DNA of 64,000 bases from NCBI GenBank assembly GCA_049971295.1, contig JBMFLH010000002.1, positions 15,240 through 79,239 on the forward strand. Direction: 5' to 3'. The DNA comes from Candidatus Ratteibacteria bacterium. GTDB lineage: Bacteria; Ratteibacteria; UBA8468; B48-G9; DTJG01. Of this stretch, positions 36,974 to 47,531 are shown piece by piece. The first letter of the stretch is position 1; the number at the start of each line of letters is the position of its first letter. The translations under genes and the position numbers were made by a program. The notes beneath the pieces are model-generated. The model had not been told where the DNA came from, made no database searches, and worked only from the letters and a program-made list of their open reading frames with translations.

Positions 36974-37261
36974 ATGGATGAAAAAAAGAATATGCTATAC
37001 AAAGCGCTTGCTCTCGGGATTGCTTCCCTTTCCCTCGTCGGGAAAAAGGGAAAAGAAATTTTGGAAGACCTCGAGAAAGAAGTAAAAGAAAAAAATCTTG
37101 AAGAAAAAATCGAGAAAAAGTTTTCTCGGATGCTGGAAAAAATGGAAAGAATAAAAGAAATAAAAAAAGAGAAAATTGCTGAAGTTTTTGGCGTCGCGAC
37201 AAAAGAAGAAATAGAAAACCTGAAGAAGGAGTTAGAGAATCTCAAGCATGGTAACCAATGA
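36974..37261 (+). CDS. Small Lys/Glu-rich coiled-coil protein (phasin-like or UbiK-like accessory-factor candidate), translationally coupled to ubiB
   Basis: GGGAGG RBS and an ATGA overlap with the ubiB start. The sequence is heptad-rich and 95 aa long. Confidence 0.5.
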   Translation: MDEKKNMLYKALALGIASLSLVGKKGKEILEDLEKEVKEKNLEEKIEKKFSRMLEKMERIKEIKKEKIAEVFGVATKEEIENLKKELENLKHGNQ

Positions 37262-38898
37262 ATATCCTTGGAGTCAGAAGAAAATATCGTCTTGCCAGTC
37301 GTGTCAGTTTTGTTCTGCGAACCATTATCAAACATGGGCTTGGTTATTTTATTGACAGAATTTTCAGAGAACCCCATTTCAGAATTCTTCATTTTCATAA
37401 AGCAACGGTACCGAAAAGAAAACAGTTATTAAGCACAGCAGAACGATTGCGTTGCGTTATTGAAGAACTTGGCCCTACATATATAAAAATTGGACAATTT
37501 TTCAGCACACGAGCTGATATTCTACCTGAGGATTTTCTTAAAGAATTGTCCAAACTGCAGGACAGTGTATCTCCTTTTTCTTTTGATGAAGTGAGAAAAA
37601 TAGTTGTTGAAGATTTCGGGAAACAGGTGGAAGAAATTTTTGTTGAATTTTCAAAACAACCGCAATTTTCTGCTTCAATTGGGCAGGTGCATTTTGCCAG
37701 ACTTTCTTCCGGGCAGGAGTGTGTTGTCAAGGTGCAAAGACCGGGTATTGAAGAAGTTGTCGCAGCAGATATTGAAGTATTAAAGGAAATACTCCGACTT
37801 GCTTCAAAGCATATTCCTGAATTGAAACAGTGGAATGTAGCAGATATGCTGGAAGAAGTGGGAGAACATTTGAGGAGACAGATGGACTTTATTTACGAAG
37901 CAGGAATGATGGAGAAATTAAAGGCATTTTATGCGAAGGTGGATATCCGGGTACCACGCGTATTATGGGAATACACGTCCAGAAGAGTTCTTACGATGGA
38001 ACAGATACACGGAATTAAAATTTTTGATGTTGCTAATCCAGATCAAAACATTCCACAGCGTCTCGTGAAAGGATTGTTTCAAACACTTTTTGAAACAGGT
38101 TATTTCCATGGAGATATTCACCCTGGAAATATCATGTTGACCGACGATGGAAACATTGCACTTGTTGACTTTGGTATTGTTGGGTATCTGTCTTTTGAAA
38201 AAAGAAAACAAATGGCTGGTATCATTTCTGGTGTGTTAAATGGCAATCTTTCAGAAGCTCTTCCACATCTGAAAAAGTTTTTTGGTGTGTCGTACCATGT
38301 GCCAGAAAACTTCGAAAAAGATGTAAGTTTTATCGTTGACAAGTATGGATCCCTTCCTCTAAAAAAAGTGCATCTGTCAGATATTGTCTATGATTTAATG
38401 AAACTGGCAAGAAGAATGAATATGAGACTTGATTCTGAAATAGGAATGCTCGCAAGAAACCTTATGAGTCTGGAAGCAATATGCGCCAGGATTAATCCAG
38501 GCGAAAGTTTGCTGAATCTTAGCAGAGTGTACTGGCAACCAGTACTGGAAACAGGAGTTTTTCAACGTTTTTGGATAGAGGATATAAAAAATTTATTTAT
38601 TTCTTACAGAAACCTTTTTGCAGAATTTCCTGAAAACTGGGAAGAGTTTTTAAAACTCAATAGAGAAAGAGTGGAGACCGAGCAGAAAATTGTCAGTCGT
38701 ATTGAGAGATATAACAGAAGTCTTGAGCACGCAAGTATAAACATTGGTTTTGCTATCTTACTATTACCTGTTCTCAGTGTTTTTTTGTTGATGGGTATTC
38801 GAATTATGCCTGTGGGGCTATTGATTCTTTCGGTTGCAATATTTATACTCTTTGTAATCCTTGTTTTTAAGTTGACTGCCGGGAAATACAATGATTGA
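37258..38898 (+). CDS. ubiB: ABC1/UbiB-family atypical protein kinase (ubiquinone-biosynthesis protein UbiB/AarF-like)
   Basis: ABC1 domain motifs (SIGQVHFARL, VKVQRPGI, HGDIHPGNIM, DFGIVG) and a C-terminal TM segment. Confidence 0.75.
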   Translation: MNILGVRRKYRLASRVSFVLRTIIKHGLGYFIDRIFREPHFRILHFHKATVPKRKQLLSTAERLRCVIEELGPTYIKIGQFFSTRADILPEDFLKELSKLQDSVSPFSFDEVRKIVVEDFGKQVEEIFVEFSKQPQFSASIGQVHFARLSSGQECVVKVQRPGIEEVVAADIEVLKEILRLASKHIPELKQWNVADMLEEVGEHLRRQMDFIYEAGMMEKLKAFYAKVDIRVPRVLWEYTSRRVLTMEQIHGIKIFDVANPDQNIPQRLVKGLFQTLFETGYFHGDIHPGNIMLTDDGNIALVDFGIVGYLSFEKRKQMAGIISGVLNGNLSEALPHLKKFFGVSYHVPENFEKDVSFIVDKYGSLPLKKVHLSDIVYDLMKLARRMNMRLDSEIGMLARNLMSLEAICARINPGESLLNLSRVYWQPVLETGVFQRFWIEDIKNLFISYRNLFAEFPENWEEFLKLNRERVETEQKIVSRIERYNRSLEHASINIGFAILLLPVLSVFLLMGIRIMPVGLLILSVAIFILFVILVFKLTAGKYND

Positions 38899-39886
38899 TT
38901 TTGTTGATGAAGCAAGAATATGGATAAAAGCTGGTGACGGAGGTCCTGGTTGCATTGCTTTCAGAAGAGAAAAATTTGTGCCAAAGGGCGGACCATCTGG
39001 TGGAGATGGTGGGAAAGGTGGGTCTGTGTATTTCAGAGCATGTAACAACGTGAAAACGCTGAGAGAGTATTATTATCACAGACATTTTAAAGCTGAAAGT
39101 GGCAAACCAGGCGAAGGCAATAATCGTACTGGAGCTGATGGCAAAGACATTATTCTGAAAGTTCCTCCTGGGACAGTTGTGATTGAAATCAGAGAGGGAG
39201 AAAAAGAGGTCATACTCGCGGATCTTGACAGAGATGGCGCTCAAGTACTTGCAGCCAGAGGTGGAAGAGGTGGAAAAGGTAATGCGAGTTTTAAAAGTTC
39301 AATAAATCAAGCGCCGAGAATAGCCACCCCCGGGGAATACGGTGAAGAAAAATTCATCAAACTTGAGTTAAAGCTAATTGCAGAAGTTGGTATTATTGGA
39401 TATCCCAATGCCGGTAAATCCACGTTTCTTTCAAAAATTTCAAATGCCAGACCAAAAATTGCAGATTATCCATTTACAACATTAAACCCAAATCTCGGGG
39501 TTGTTGTTCTGGACAATGAAAGGCAATTTGTTGCTGCTGATATACCAGGTCTCATTGAAGGAGCGTCTTCTGGAGCAGGACTCGGGATGAAATTTTTGCG
39601 TCATATTGAAAGGACAAAGGTTCTGGTTCATCTTGTTGACCTTTCTCAACCGGATGCAGCAAAAAGATATTATGACATCAGAAACGAAATTGGTTGTTAC
39701 GATGTAACATTGCTTGAAAAACCAGAAATTATAGTAGGTACAAAAATAGATTTACCGGTGTCTCACAATAACATCCGGGAATTAGAAAAAATTACTGATA
39801 GATATTTTCTTATTTCCAGTGTGACCAACCAAGGTATCAAACCATTATTGGAGGAAATCTGGAGGGTTCTTACACGGAAACTTTAA
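38891..39886 (+). CDS. obg: GTPase Obg/CgtA
   Basis: Obg fold with glycine-rich [10 protein letters not shown], followed by the GTPase motifs GYPNAGKST and DIPGLIEGA. Confidence 0.9.
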   Translation: MIDFVDEARIWIKAGDGGPGCIAFRREKFVPKGGPSGGDGGKGGSVYFRACNNVKTLREYYYHRHFKAESGKPGEGNNRTGADGKDIILKVPPGTVVIEIREGEKEVILADLDRDGAQVLAARGGRGGKGNASFKSSINQAPRIATPGEYGEEKFIKLELKLIAEVGIIGYPNAGKSTFLSKISNARPKIADYPFTTLNPNLGVVVLDNERQFVAADIPGLIEGASSGAGLGMKFLRHIERTKVLVHLVDLSQPDAAKRYYDIRNEIGCYDVTLLEKPEIIVGTKIDLPVSHNNIRELEKITDRYFLISSVTNQGIKPLLEEIWRVLTRKL

Positions 39887-39888
39887 CT

Positions 39889-40998
39889 ATGGAACAGACA
39901 TTAAAAACAAGAAGCGAGCATCTGCTTGCCACATTTGAGGATATCAAGAAAAGAATAAAATGGGATCAGCTGGAACAAAGAGTTTTATCTCTTGAAAATG
40001 AAAAAAATGAAAAGGGATATTGGGATCCTAAGACAGATGGAGAGAAAATGAAGGAATGGAATCAACTTGTTGAAAAACGTATGAAATTTGATAAAATCAC
40101 CAAGTTATTTGAAAATTTTAATGCAAGTGTTGAACTTCTTGAAGAAAACCCGGATCCTGAACTGGAAAAAGAAGCATCCGGGATTCTTGAGGTAATTGCA
40201 AGGGAAATTGAAAATCTCAAAATAGAAATTTATTTCTCTGACCCGGTTGATAGAAACAATGCAATTCTTACACTTCATGCAGGAGCCGGTGGCACAGAGG
40301 CATGTGATTGGGTGGGTATGCTCTTTAGAATGTATTCGAAGTGGGCAGCGCGAAAAAATATAAGGGTTGAAGTGGTTGATTTTTTACCAGGAGAGGAGGC
40401 AGGTTTGAAAAGGATTACAGCAGTGTTTGCTGGTAATTATGCCTATGGATATTTAAAGGGTGAAACAGGAGTTCATCGGCTCGTGAGAATATCTCCTTTT
40501 GACGCCAACAAGCGTCGTCACACCAGTTTTGCCGCTGTGAATGTGATTCCAGAAGTGGACAGGGACATCAAGATAGAAATCAAAGAGGAAGATATTGAAC
40601 TTGAGACATTTCGTTCTGGTGGCAAAGGCGGTCAGAATGTGAATAAAGTTGAAACAGCGGTCAGAATAAAACATATACCAACAGGAATTGTTGTACAATG
40701 CCAGAACGAAAGAAGTCAGTTTAAGAATCGTGAAATGGCGATGAAAATTTTGCGAAGTCGACTGTATCAAATGCAGATTGAGAAAGAAAAGAAAAAAGAG
40801 GCACAACAGTGGGATGCTCAAAAAGAAATTGCCTGGGGAAGTCAAATTAGATCCTATGTGTTCTGTCCCTATACAATGGTAAAAGATCACCGTACACAGG
40901 TTGAAACAGGCAATGTTGAGGCAGTCATGGATGGGGAAATAGACCAGTTTATTCAGACGGAGATTGAATATCTTGCTCTTGAAAAAATGGAAAAATGA
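39889..40998 (+). CDS. prfB: Peptide chain release factor 2, encoded without the programmed +1 frameshift
   Basis: SPF tripeptide (RISPFDAN) and GGQ motif ([10 protein letters not shown]). The ORF is contiguous, with no CTT-TGA-C frameshift site. Confidence 0.9.
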   Translation: MEQTLKTRSEHLLATFEDIKKRIKWDQLEQRVLSLENEKNEKGYWDPKTDGEKMKEWNQLVEKRMKFDKITKLFENFNASVELLEENPDPELEKEASGILEVIAREIENLKIEIYFSDPVDRNNAILTLHAGAGGTEACDWVGMLFRMYSKWAARKNIRVEVVDFLPGEEAGLKRITAVFAGNYAYGYLKGETGVHRLVRISPFDANKRRHTSFAAVNVIPEVDRDIKIEIKEEDIELETFRSGGKGGQNVNKVETAVRIKHIPTGIVVQCQNERSQFKNREMAMKILRSRLYQMQIEKEKKKEAQQWDAQKEIAWGSQIRSYVFCPYTMVKDHRTQVETGNVEAVMDGEIDQFIQTEIEYLALEKMEK

Positions 40999-41633
40999 AA
41001 ATACTTGTCACAGCGGGACCAACAAGAGAATATATTGACCCGGTTAGATTTATCAGCAATCCTTCCACAGGAACTCTTGGTTATTTAATTGCGAAAAAAG
41101 CAAAGGAAAAAGGTCATCAAGTGGTAATTGTTTCAGGCCCCTGTGACCTGCCAGAACTTAAGGGGGTTGAAAAAATTCAGGTAGAATCAGCCTTGCAGAT
41201 GAAACATGAGGTAGAGAAAATATTTCCAGAAATGGATGTCCTGGTGATGACTGCAGCAGTTTCTGATTGGAGGCCAGCAAAGAAGTTTCCTGAAAAATTG
41301 AAACTCAAAAGATCCTGGACATTAAAACTTGTGCCAAATCCGGATATTTTAAAAGGTGTTTCAAAGAAAAAGAAAAAGGAACAAATTATTGTCGGTTTTG
41401 CTCTGGAAAGCAATAATGTGCTGGAAAATGCAAAAAGGAAATTAATTGATAAGAAACTTGACATACTGGTTGCAAACACAGTAGAAAATTTTGGGAAATT
41501 TCCAGGACATGGTGAAATCTTTGTTATTTATTCTGATGGTAGAATAAAGAACTGCACTGGTTTTTCCAAGAAGGTTCTTGCCTCTTTTCTTTTAAAAGAA
41601 ATTGAACAGTTTCAGCAAAGGAAATTACGATGA
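40995..41633 (+). CDS. coaB: Phosphopantothenate-cysteine ligase (standalone CoaB domain)
   Basis: [22 protein letters not shown] matches the CoaB (DFP C-terminal domain) signature. 212 aa, with no CoaC domain. Confidence 0.75.
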   Translation: MKILVTAGPTREYIDPVRFISNPSTGTLGYLIAKKAKEKGHQVVIVSGPCDLPELKGVEKIQVESALQMKHEVEKIFPEMDVLVMTAAVSDWRPAKKFPEKLKLKRSWTLKLVPNPDILKGVSKKKKKEQIIVGFALESNNVLENAKRKLIDKKLDILVANTVENFGKFPGHGEIFVIYSDGRIKNCTGFSKKVLASFLLKEIEQFQQRKLR

Positions 41634-42370
41634 GAGCAACGATACGACAGATATTGTTTATCATATTACTTACCACCCAGGTTTTGAATTGTCAGGAGGA
41701 ATCAAAGTCATCTGTAGTTGCATGCAATCGGGCACAGACAGCAATCGTCATTGACGGGAATCTTGATGAAAAAGAATGGAAAAATGCAGTGGCGCTTGAA
41801 CTTGTCAGGATTATTTCTCTCGAACAACCTGTTTCAAAAACCATTGCCTACTGTTTATATGATGGCCAGTATCTTTATTTCGCTTTTAAGTGCTATGACA
41901 TGGATATATGGGCAACATATGAAAAGCGCGATGCGCCATTATATGAAGAAGATGTTGTTGAGGTATTTTTCAAGCCAGACTGCTCAAAGAATTCGTATTA
42001 CGAATTTGAAGTTTCACCAAAAAATGTAATACTGGATGCATTGATCGGGGAACGAACTCTTACAGGTAATATGTTCTTCAGATTTGCAAAATGGAATTGC
42101 TCTGGATTGAAATCAGCAGTGAAAATAAAAGGAACTTTGAATCGGTGGGATGATATCGACCAGTACTGGACTGTTGAGATTGCGATCCCTTTTAAGTCAT
42201 TGCCCACAGTAAAAAAATCGCCTGTACCAGGTGATGAGTGGTTGTTTAATGTCTGTAGATACGATTATTCAATCTACCTTGAAAAAGGTGTTGAAACATT
42301 GACATACAGCCCGATTACAAAATTTGATTTTCACAGATATGAAGAATGGAGAATTTTGAAATTTCAATGA
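41630..42370 (+). CDS. Secreted protein with a CBM9-like (DOMON-like) carbohydrate-binding domain
   Basis: Signal peptide [22 protein letters not shown]. Motifs IDGNLDEKEWKNA, YLYFAFKCYD and EDVVEVFF resemble the family-9 carbohydrate-binding fold. Confidence 0.45.
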   Translation: MRATIRQILFIILLTTQVLNCQEESKSSVVACNRAQTAIVIDGNLDEKEWKNAVALELVRIISLEQPVSKTIAYCLYDGQYLYFAFKCYDMDIWATYEKRDAPLYEEDVVEVFFKPDCSKNSYYEFEVSPKNVILDALIGERTLTGNMFFRFAKWNCSGLKSAVKIKGTLNRWDDIDQYWTVEIAIPFKSLPTVKKSPVPGDEWLFNVCRYDYSIYLEKGVETLTYSPITKFDFHRYEEWRILKFQ

Positions 42371-42380
42371 AAGGAAAAAG

Positions 42381-44735
42381 ATGAGAATTTACGATTTTTC
42401 TTCGTCAGTGGAAGATATTGCGATAAAACAATCTGAATTTAGGCCACAGTATTTTCCTGAGGAAAAAATCAGAATTCTTGAGGTTGTTGATTTTCCATCT
42501 CTGGGTAAAATTACAGCGTTGAGATTTATTGAGTGGTGCCAGAAAAATCCATCGGGAGTGATATCGCTGCCAACAGGCAAAACCCCTGAACATTTCATCC
42601 ACTGGACCTGGTTTATTTTGAATAACTGGAACAGTAAGGATATGAAAGAACTCCTGGGAAAATATGGAATAGATACTTCATCAAAACCAGATATGTCTTC
42701 CTTGATTTTCGTTCAGATCGATGAATTTTTTCCGATGAATCCTGAACAGGAAAATAGTTTTATATGGTACATAAAAAACTTTTATGTAAAAAAATTTGGC
42801 CTGGACGAAAACAAGGCAATTTTGATTAATGCATGGACAACGGGATGTAAACAGGGAGAAAATCTCGGTAAACTTTTTCCTGACGGAAAAATCGATTTAT
42901 CTTTGAGGTACAGGCATCCGGCTAATCAGTTGGAACAACTTCAACAGAAAGCAATTTTTTCAGCCGACCAGTATGCAATGGAGTATGAGCAAAAAATCAG
43001 GGATCTTGGTGGAATTGGGTTTTTTCTCGGAGGAATAGGTCCGGATGGTCACATTGGTTTCAATATCAAAGGTTCAGACCATTTTAGCACGACGCGGCTT
43101 GCACCGATTAATTATGAAACTGCAGCAGCAGCAGCCACGGATCTGGGAGGCATAGAACTTGCGAGGGGGAAAGTTGTCATGACCATAGGTCTTCAGACAA
43201 TTACATTTAACCCTTCTGCCACAGCCATTATTATAGCAGCAGGGGAAAGCAAGGCGCCTGTTGTAAGAGATGCCATTGTCAATGAATCTTCATCCGAATA
43301 TCCTGCAACAGTTCTCAGAAAACTGAAGGGTTCGTGTTTCTATTTAACATCCGGAGCAACAAAACTTCTTGAGGAGAGAACCATCAGAAAGCTTGAAAAA
43401 AAATCACAGTTATCTTCCATTGATATTAATCGCATCATTATTGATATCGCAGTAAAAAATGGTAAAAATCTGGAATCCTTGATTGAATCTGATTTCTGCC
43501 AGAACAAAAAGGGGACCTTTCTTTTTAATAAAGAGAGGGATATTGTGTCCTTGAGTAAATCTGTTGCTTCGCTTTTGAAAGAAAGAATAGACAGAGGTAC
43601 CAGAACTATTGAAAATTGCATATTTTTGCATACAGAACCACATCATGACGATATCATGCTTGGTTATATGCCTTATATCATCCATCTTGTGAGAACTCCT
43701 TCGAACAAACACTATTTTGCCACACTGACAAGCGGTTTTACTTCAGTGACCAACAATTATGTTGTTTTACAGTTGAAAAATCTTGAAAACTTTATTGAAA
43801 CAAAGCAGTTCAAGCAGTTATTTGAGTCAGAATATTTTAATCCTGATGACATTGTTTCAAGAATCAGGGATGTTTATCATTACCTCGATGGGATCGCATC
43901 TGATAGCCCTGACATTCAAAAAGAAGCAACGGCACGAAGAATGTTAAGAAATCTTGTTGCTATCGTTAATTCGTATAACACCCAGGCAATAAAACGAAAA
44001 ATTTCGTGGTTTTTCCGATATTTTGAAAACTCGTATCCAGGAAAGAAAGATATTTCAGATGTGCAACTCCTAAAGGGAATGATTAGAGAATGGGAGGAAG
44101 AACTGTTATGGGGACATTTAGGATTTAACTGCGAAAATATTTTTCATCTAAGATTGCCTTTTTATACCGGAGATATTTTTACCAGGAAACCACAGTTGAA
44201 GGAAGATATTGTCCCGGTACTGTCTTTGATTGAAAAAGTTAAACCAGATATTATCACAGTGGCAATGGACCCAGAGGCAAGCGGACCCGATACGCATTAC
44301 AAGGTTTTTCAGGCAATTGCTGAAGCACTGGCGCTGTATTTGAAAAAATATCCTGATAGGTCTGTACGGGTGTGGGGATACAGGAATATCTGGTACAGAT
44401 TTCACCCTGCAGAGGCAGACATTATTGTACCTGTATCAATGAATTCGTTTGCAATTATGAAAAGTGCTTTTCACATCTGTTTTGGATCTCAAACAAGTGC
44501 GTCATTCCCGAGCTATGAATATGATGGACCGTTTTGTGACCTTGCTCAGAGAATCATGGCACAGCAATATGCTGCTCTGAAAATTTGTTTGGGGCGGGAT
44601 TTTTTCTATTCAAATGAAATTCCAAGGTTAAGGGCAACAAGAGGGCTGGTGTTTTTAAGAGACATGAGCCCTGATGAATTTTTTGCTGAAGCGCGATATA
44701 TGAAACAGGTAACTGAAAACTTGCAGGACATGTAA
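42381..44735 (+). CDS. Fusion protein: N-terminal NagB-like glucosamine-6-phosphate deaminase/isomerase domain plus C-terminal PIG-L/LmbE-like N-deacetylase domain
   Basis: N-domain: ISLPTGKTPEHF and GIGPDGHIGFN (NagB PTG.TP / G.G.DGH motifs). C-domain: LHTEPHHDDIMLG (PIG-L HPDD motif) and AMDPEASGPDTHYKV (HxDH-like). 784 aa. Confidence 0.5.
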   Translation: MRIYDFSSSVEDIAIKQSEFRPQYFPEEKIRILEVVDFPSLGKITALRFIEWCQKNPSGVISLPTGKTPEHFIHWTWFILNNWNSKDMKELLGKYGIDTSSKPDMSSLIFVQIDEFFPMNPEQENSFIWYIKNFYVKKFGLDENKAILINAWTTGCKQGENLGKLFPDGKIDLSLRYRHPANQLEQLQQKAIFSADQYAMEYEQKIRDLGGIGFFLGGIGPDGHIGFNIKGSDHFSTTRLAPINYETAAAAATDLGGIELARGKVVMTIGLQTITFNPSATAIIIAAGESKAPVVRDAIVNESSSEYPATVLRKLKGSCFYLTSGATKLLEERTIRKLEKKSQLSSIDINRIIIDIAVKNGKNLESLIESDFCQNKKGTFLFNKERDIVSLSKSVASLLKERIDRGTRTIENCIFLHTEPHHDDIMLGYMPYIIHLVRTPSNKHYFATLTSGFTSVTNNYVVLQLKNLENFIETKQFKQLFESEYFNPDDIVSRIRDVYHYLDGIASDSPDIQKEATARRMLRNLVAIVNSYNTQAIKRKISWFFRYFENSYPGKKDISDVQLLKGMIREWEEELLWGHLGFNCENIFHLRLPFYTGDIFTRKPQLKEDIVPVLSLIEKVKPDIITVAMDPEASGPDTHYKVFQAIAEALALYLKKYPDRSVRVWGYRNIWYRFHPAEADIIVPVSMNSFAIMKSAFHICFGSQTSASFPSYEYDGPFCDLAQRIMAQQYAALKICLGRDFFYSNEIPRLRATRGLVFLRDMSPDEFFAEARYMKQVTENLQDM

Positions 44736-44748
44736 ACAGAGGTGTGTC

Positions 44749-46140
44749 ATGAAGAGAAAGCCCAGAATCGGCATGCTCGGTGTTACCGCGCATCTGTACA
44801 AAAAGAAACTACCGGAGTTTGTGAATCATCTTTCCAAACATTTCAAATTTCTTGTTCAACAATGTTCTACTTTTGCACATATTGTTCCTTCAGAAATATC
44901 TTACACAACACACCTCGTAGAAAAAGCGTTCGCGAAAATGAGCCAATCTGATGTGGACGGGATTATTATTATATTTCTCTCCTACAGTCCCAGTTTTATT
45001 ATTGGACCTGTTATCAAATCCAGAAAGTTTCCGGTTCTCATGTGGAATACCCAGCAACTGTTTGAAATAACAAAAAATTTCTCGTCGTCTGACATGATGA
45101 ATAATCATGGTATGCACGGTGTTCAAGACCTTGCGAGTGTTTTGTTGAGGAATAATGTGCCATTTACTATTATCACAGGACATTATTCCCAGGAAGATAC
45201 CATTAAGGAGGTTGAGCGCTGGTGTAAATGTGCTGCAATTTGTCATGATTTGAAAAAATTGAATATAGGTCGGATTGGAGGAAGATTCAAGGATATGGGA
45301 GATTTTTCAATTCCTGATAGTCAGATTACAGATCTGATGGGTCCAAAAATTATTGAAATTAAAATGCATCAGTTGCATGAGATAGCAAATAGTATTTCAC
45401 CAGACGAGATATATAGAGTTATTGAGGATGAAAATAAAAAGTTTTATGTTAGCAATGACCTTGATATTGAAACGAGAAAAAAATCGGTTCGTCTGGAACT
45501 TGCCTTAAGAACATTGATTGACCAGCATCACCTCCAAGCGCTGGCAATTAATTTTATGGGCTTTGAAGGTAAAAATTATTCTATGCCGTTTGCTGCGATT
45601 TCAAAGTTTATTTCTGAAGGTATGGGCTATGGAGGGGAAGGTGATGTTGTTTGTTCGACAGGAGTTTGGATACTTCAACAGATTTCGGCACCTGCCTCAT
45701 TCACAGAGATGTTCACAACTGATTATAAAAACAACAGGATTCTTATGTCGCACATGGGTGAGTCAAACTTAAAAATGGCGAAAAATCCTCTGAAGATAAA
45801 ACTGGTTAAAAAAGATATGGGCATTCTTGAAAAGGGAGCTGCCACAAGCATGTTTTTATTTCAAATGAGACCTGGTTATGTGACATTATTCAATCTTGCC
45901 CCAGGTAGAAACAAGAGCTTTCGGATGATTGCAAGTACCGGATACATTGAAGATGCAGAACTTTTTCATGATATCATATCTCCACATTTTCTTCTTAAGA
46001 TTGAAACAGATGTAAGAGAGTTTTTGACCAGATATAGTAATATTGGAGGAACTCATCATCTTGCAATGGCTTATGGGGATGTTACAGAACAAATTAGAAC
46101 ACTTGCCGGTATCATGGGATTTGAGTTTTTCAAAATATAA
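44749..46140 (+). CDS. L-arabinose isomerase (AraA) family sugar isomerase
   Basis: GMGYGGEGDVV, MSHMGESN and GGTHHLAMAYGD align with AraA metal/substrate motifs (GYGFAGEGD, GSHMLE, GGAHH), recalled from memory. Confidence 0.6.
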   Translation: MKRKPRIGMLGVTAHLYKKKLPEFVNHLSKHFKFLVQQCSTFAHIVPSEISYTTHLVEKAFAKMSQSDVDGIIIIFLSYSPSFIIGPVIKSRKFPVLMWNTQQLFEITKNFSSSDMMNNHGMHGVQDLASVLLRNNVPFTIITGHYSQEDTIKEVERWCKCAAICHDLKKLNIGRIGGRFKDMGDFSIPDSQITDLMGPKIIEIKMHQLHEIANSISPDEIYRVIEDENKKFYVSNDLDIETRKKSVRLELALRTLIDQHHLQALAINFMGFEGKNYSMPFAAISKFISEGMGYGGEGDVVCSTGVWILQQISAPASFTEMFTTDYKNNRILMSHMGESNLKMAKNPLKIKLVKKDMGILEKGAATSMFLFQMRPGYVTLFNLAPGRNKSFRMIASTGYIEDAELFHDIISPHFLLKIETDVREFLTRYSNIGGTHHLAMAYGDVTEQIRTLAGIMGFEFFKI

Positions 46141-46148
46141 CTTCAGTC

Positions 46149-47531
46149 ATGGACAGAATCCTTTCTTTTGATAGTGGCACGACAAATACAAAGGTTTTTA
46201 TTTATTATCTGAATGGCGCTCTTATCAATAGTGCCTCCAGACGGGTTGATATCACATTTCCCTATCCCCTGTTTGCTGAGCAAAACTGTGATGACTGGGT
46301 TGATGCATTAATCCGGGCGATCATGAAGATAGAAAAGAAAAAAAACATCAGTGGTATCAGTGGAAGTTTTCAGGGTGGAACTTTTGTTTTGCTTGACCAG
46401 CATCTTTCACCTTTGAGACCCGCAATCACATGGCTTGATAACAGGGCAAGGGACATTGCAAAAAATTTCGTGTCAAAATTTGGCAAAAAGTTTTTTTATA
46501 ATAAAACAGGGTATATGCCGGGTGGATGGTCCTGTATTACTCTTCTCAGATGGTTGAAAGAAAATGAACCGGATGTGTTTAATAAAACAGCTCGCATTTC
46601 ATTTGTTGCGGACTACATAAATTATTTTCTAACCGGGAATTTTGTGCTTGACCATACAAATGCAGCAATTACGACACTGTATAATATTAAGAAACGATGC
46701 TGGGATGATGACCTTATTGAACTGGCAGGAATCAATAAACGGATGCTTCCTGAAATTGTTGATGCTACCAGTGTGATTGGAAAATTAAGAAAAAGTTTTG
46801 CACGGAGATCTGAATTAAAGGAAGGCATTGTTGTGCTGGCTGGCGGACATGACCAGTATTGTGCAAGTCTGGGAGCAGGTGCTGCGAAAATAGGAAAAAT
46901 ACTTGTTTCATGCGGAACTGCCTGGGTTTTGCTTATTACCACTCAGGATATTGTTTTTGATCGCTTGATGCAATTTGCTCCTGGTCCACATGTGGTACCA
47001 GGTGTTTATGGATTGATGGCAGCTTTGAGCAATGGGGGCGTAATTTATGCATGGGGAAAAAATATTTTGCGAAAGCATCAGGTTTATTTTAACAAGCCCT
47101 CTGATGTGATTGTTTTACCTGATTTTAATGCTGCCAGGGGTGCTATTTGCAATCTCAGTCTTTCCACAAAACCCCTAAAGATACTTCAGGCAATTATTGA
47201 ATCCCTGTGTTATCAGGTTAGAGAAAACCTCGAGAGAATTGAAAAAACTTTGCCTCATAGAGAAAAGGTTACTCATCTGGTAATGATAGGCGGAGCGTCC
47301 AGAAATATTCATGTGGCAAATTTTTTAGCCACTATTACAAAAAAACAGATTTTTTTGCCAGAAATTAAAGAAGCCGCTGGTTGTGGCGCCATGAATCTTT
47401 TTAACCTGCATCATGGATGCAAAATGAACCTTTCTGGCATGACTGTTGATGGAAACAAAAATTTATATCATGATTACGATGAAAAGTACAAACATTATAT
47501 TGACTTAAGAAGAAACTTCCTGAAGAGATGA
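46149..47531 (+). CDS. FGGY-family carbohydrate kinase (xylulokinase/ribulokinase-like)
   Basis: N-terminal SFDSGTTNTK and ITWLDNRA motifs, with a C-terminal FGGY domain GGASRN. Confidence 0.7.
   Translation: MDRILSFDSGTTNTKVFIYYLNGALINSASRRVDITFPYPLFAEQNCDDWVDALIRAIMKIEKKKNISGISGSFQGGTFVLLDQHLSPLRPAITWLDNRARDIAKNFVSKFGKKFFYNKTGYMPGGWSCITLLRWLKENEPDVFNKTARISFVADYINYFLTGNFVLDHTNAAITTLYNIKKRCWDDDLIELAGINKRMLPEIVDATSVIGKLRKSFARRSELKEGIVVLAGGHDQYCASLGAGAAKIGKILVSCGTAWVLLITTQDIVFDRLMQFAPGPHVVPGVYGLMAALSNGGVIYAWGKNILRKHQVYFNKPSDVIVLPDFNAARGAICNLSLSTKPLKILQAIIESLCYQVRENLERIEKTLPHREKVTHLVMIGGASRNIHVANFLATITKKQIFLPEIKEAAGCGAMNLFNLHHGCKMNLSGMTVDGNKNLYHDYDEKYKHYIDLRRNFLKR

Noticed and set aside
36943-37398. 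Minus-strand ORFs of 151 aa and 81 aa overlapping the small coiled-coil gene
   Set aside because: They are a low-complexity mirror of the Lys/Glu-rich plus-strand gene, which has a real RBS and is coupled to ubiB. They have no RBS and their composition (S/F/I-rich) is that of an antisense K/E-rich coding region.
39889-40000. Programmed +1 frameshift site in prfB
   Set aside because: The ORF is contiguous from its ATG and contains no CTT TGA C motif, so RF2 here is encoded without recoding.
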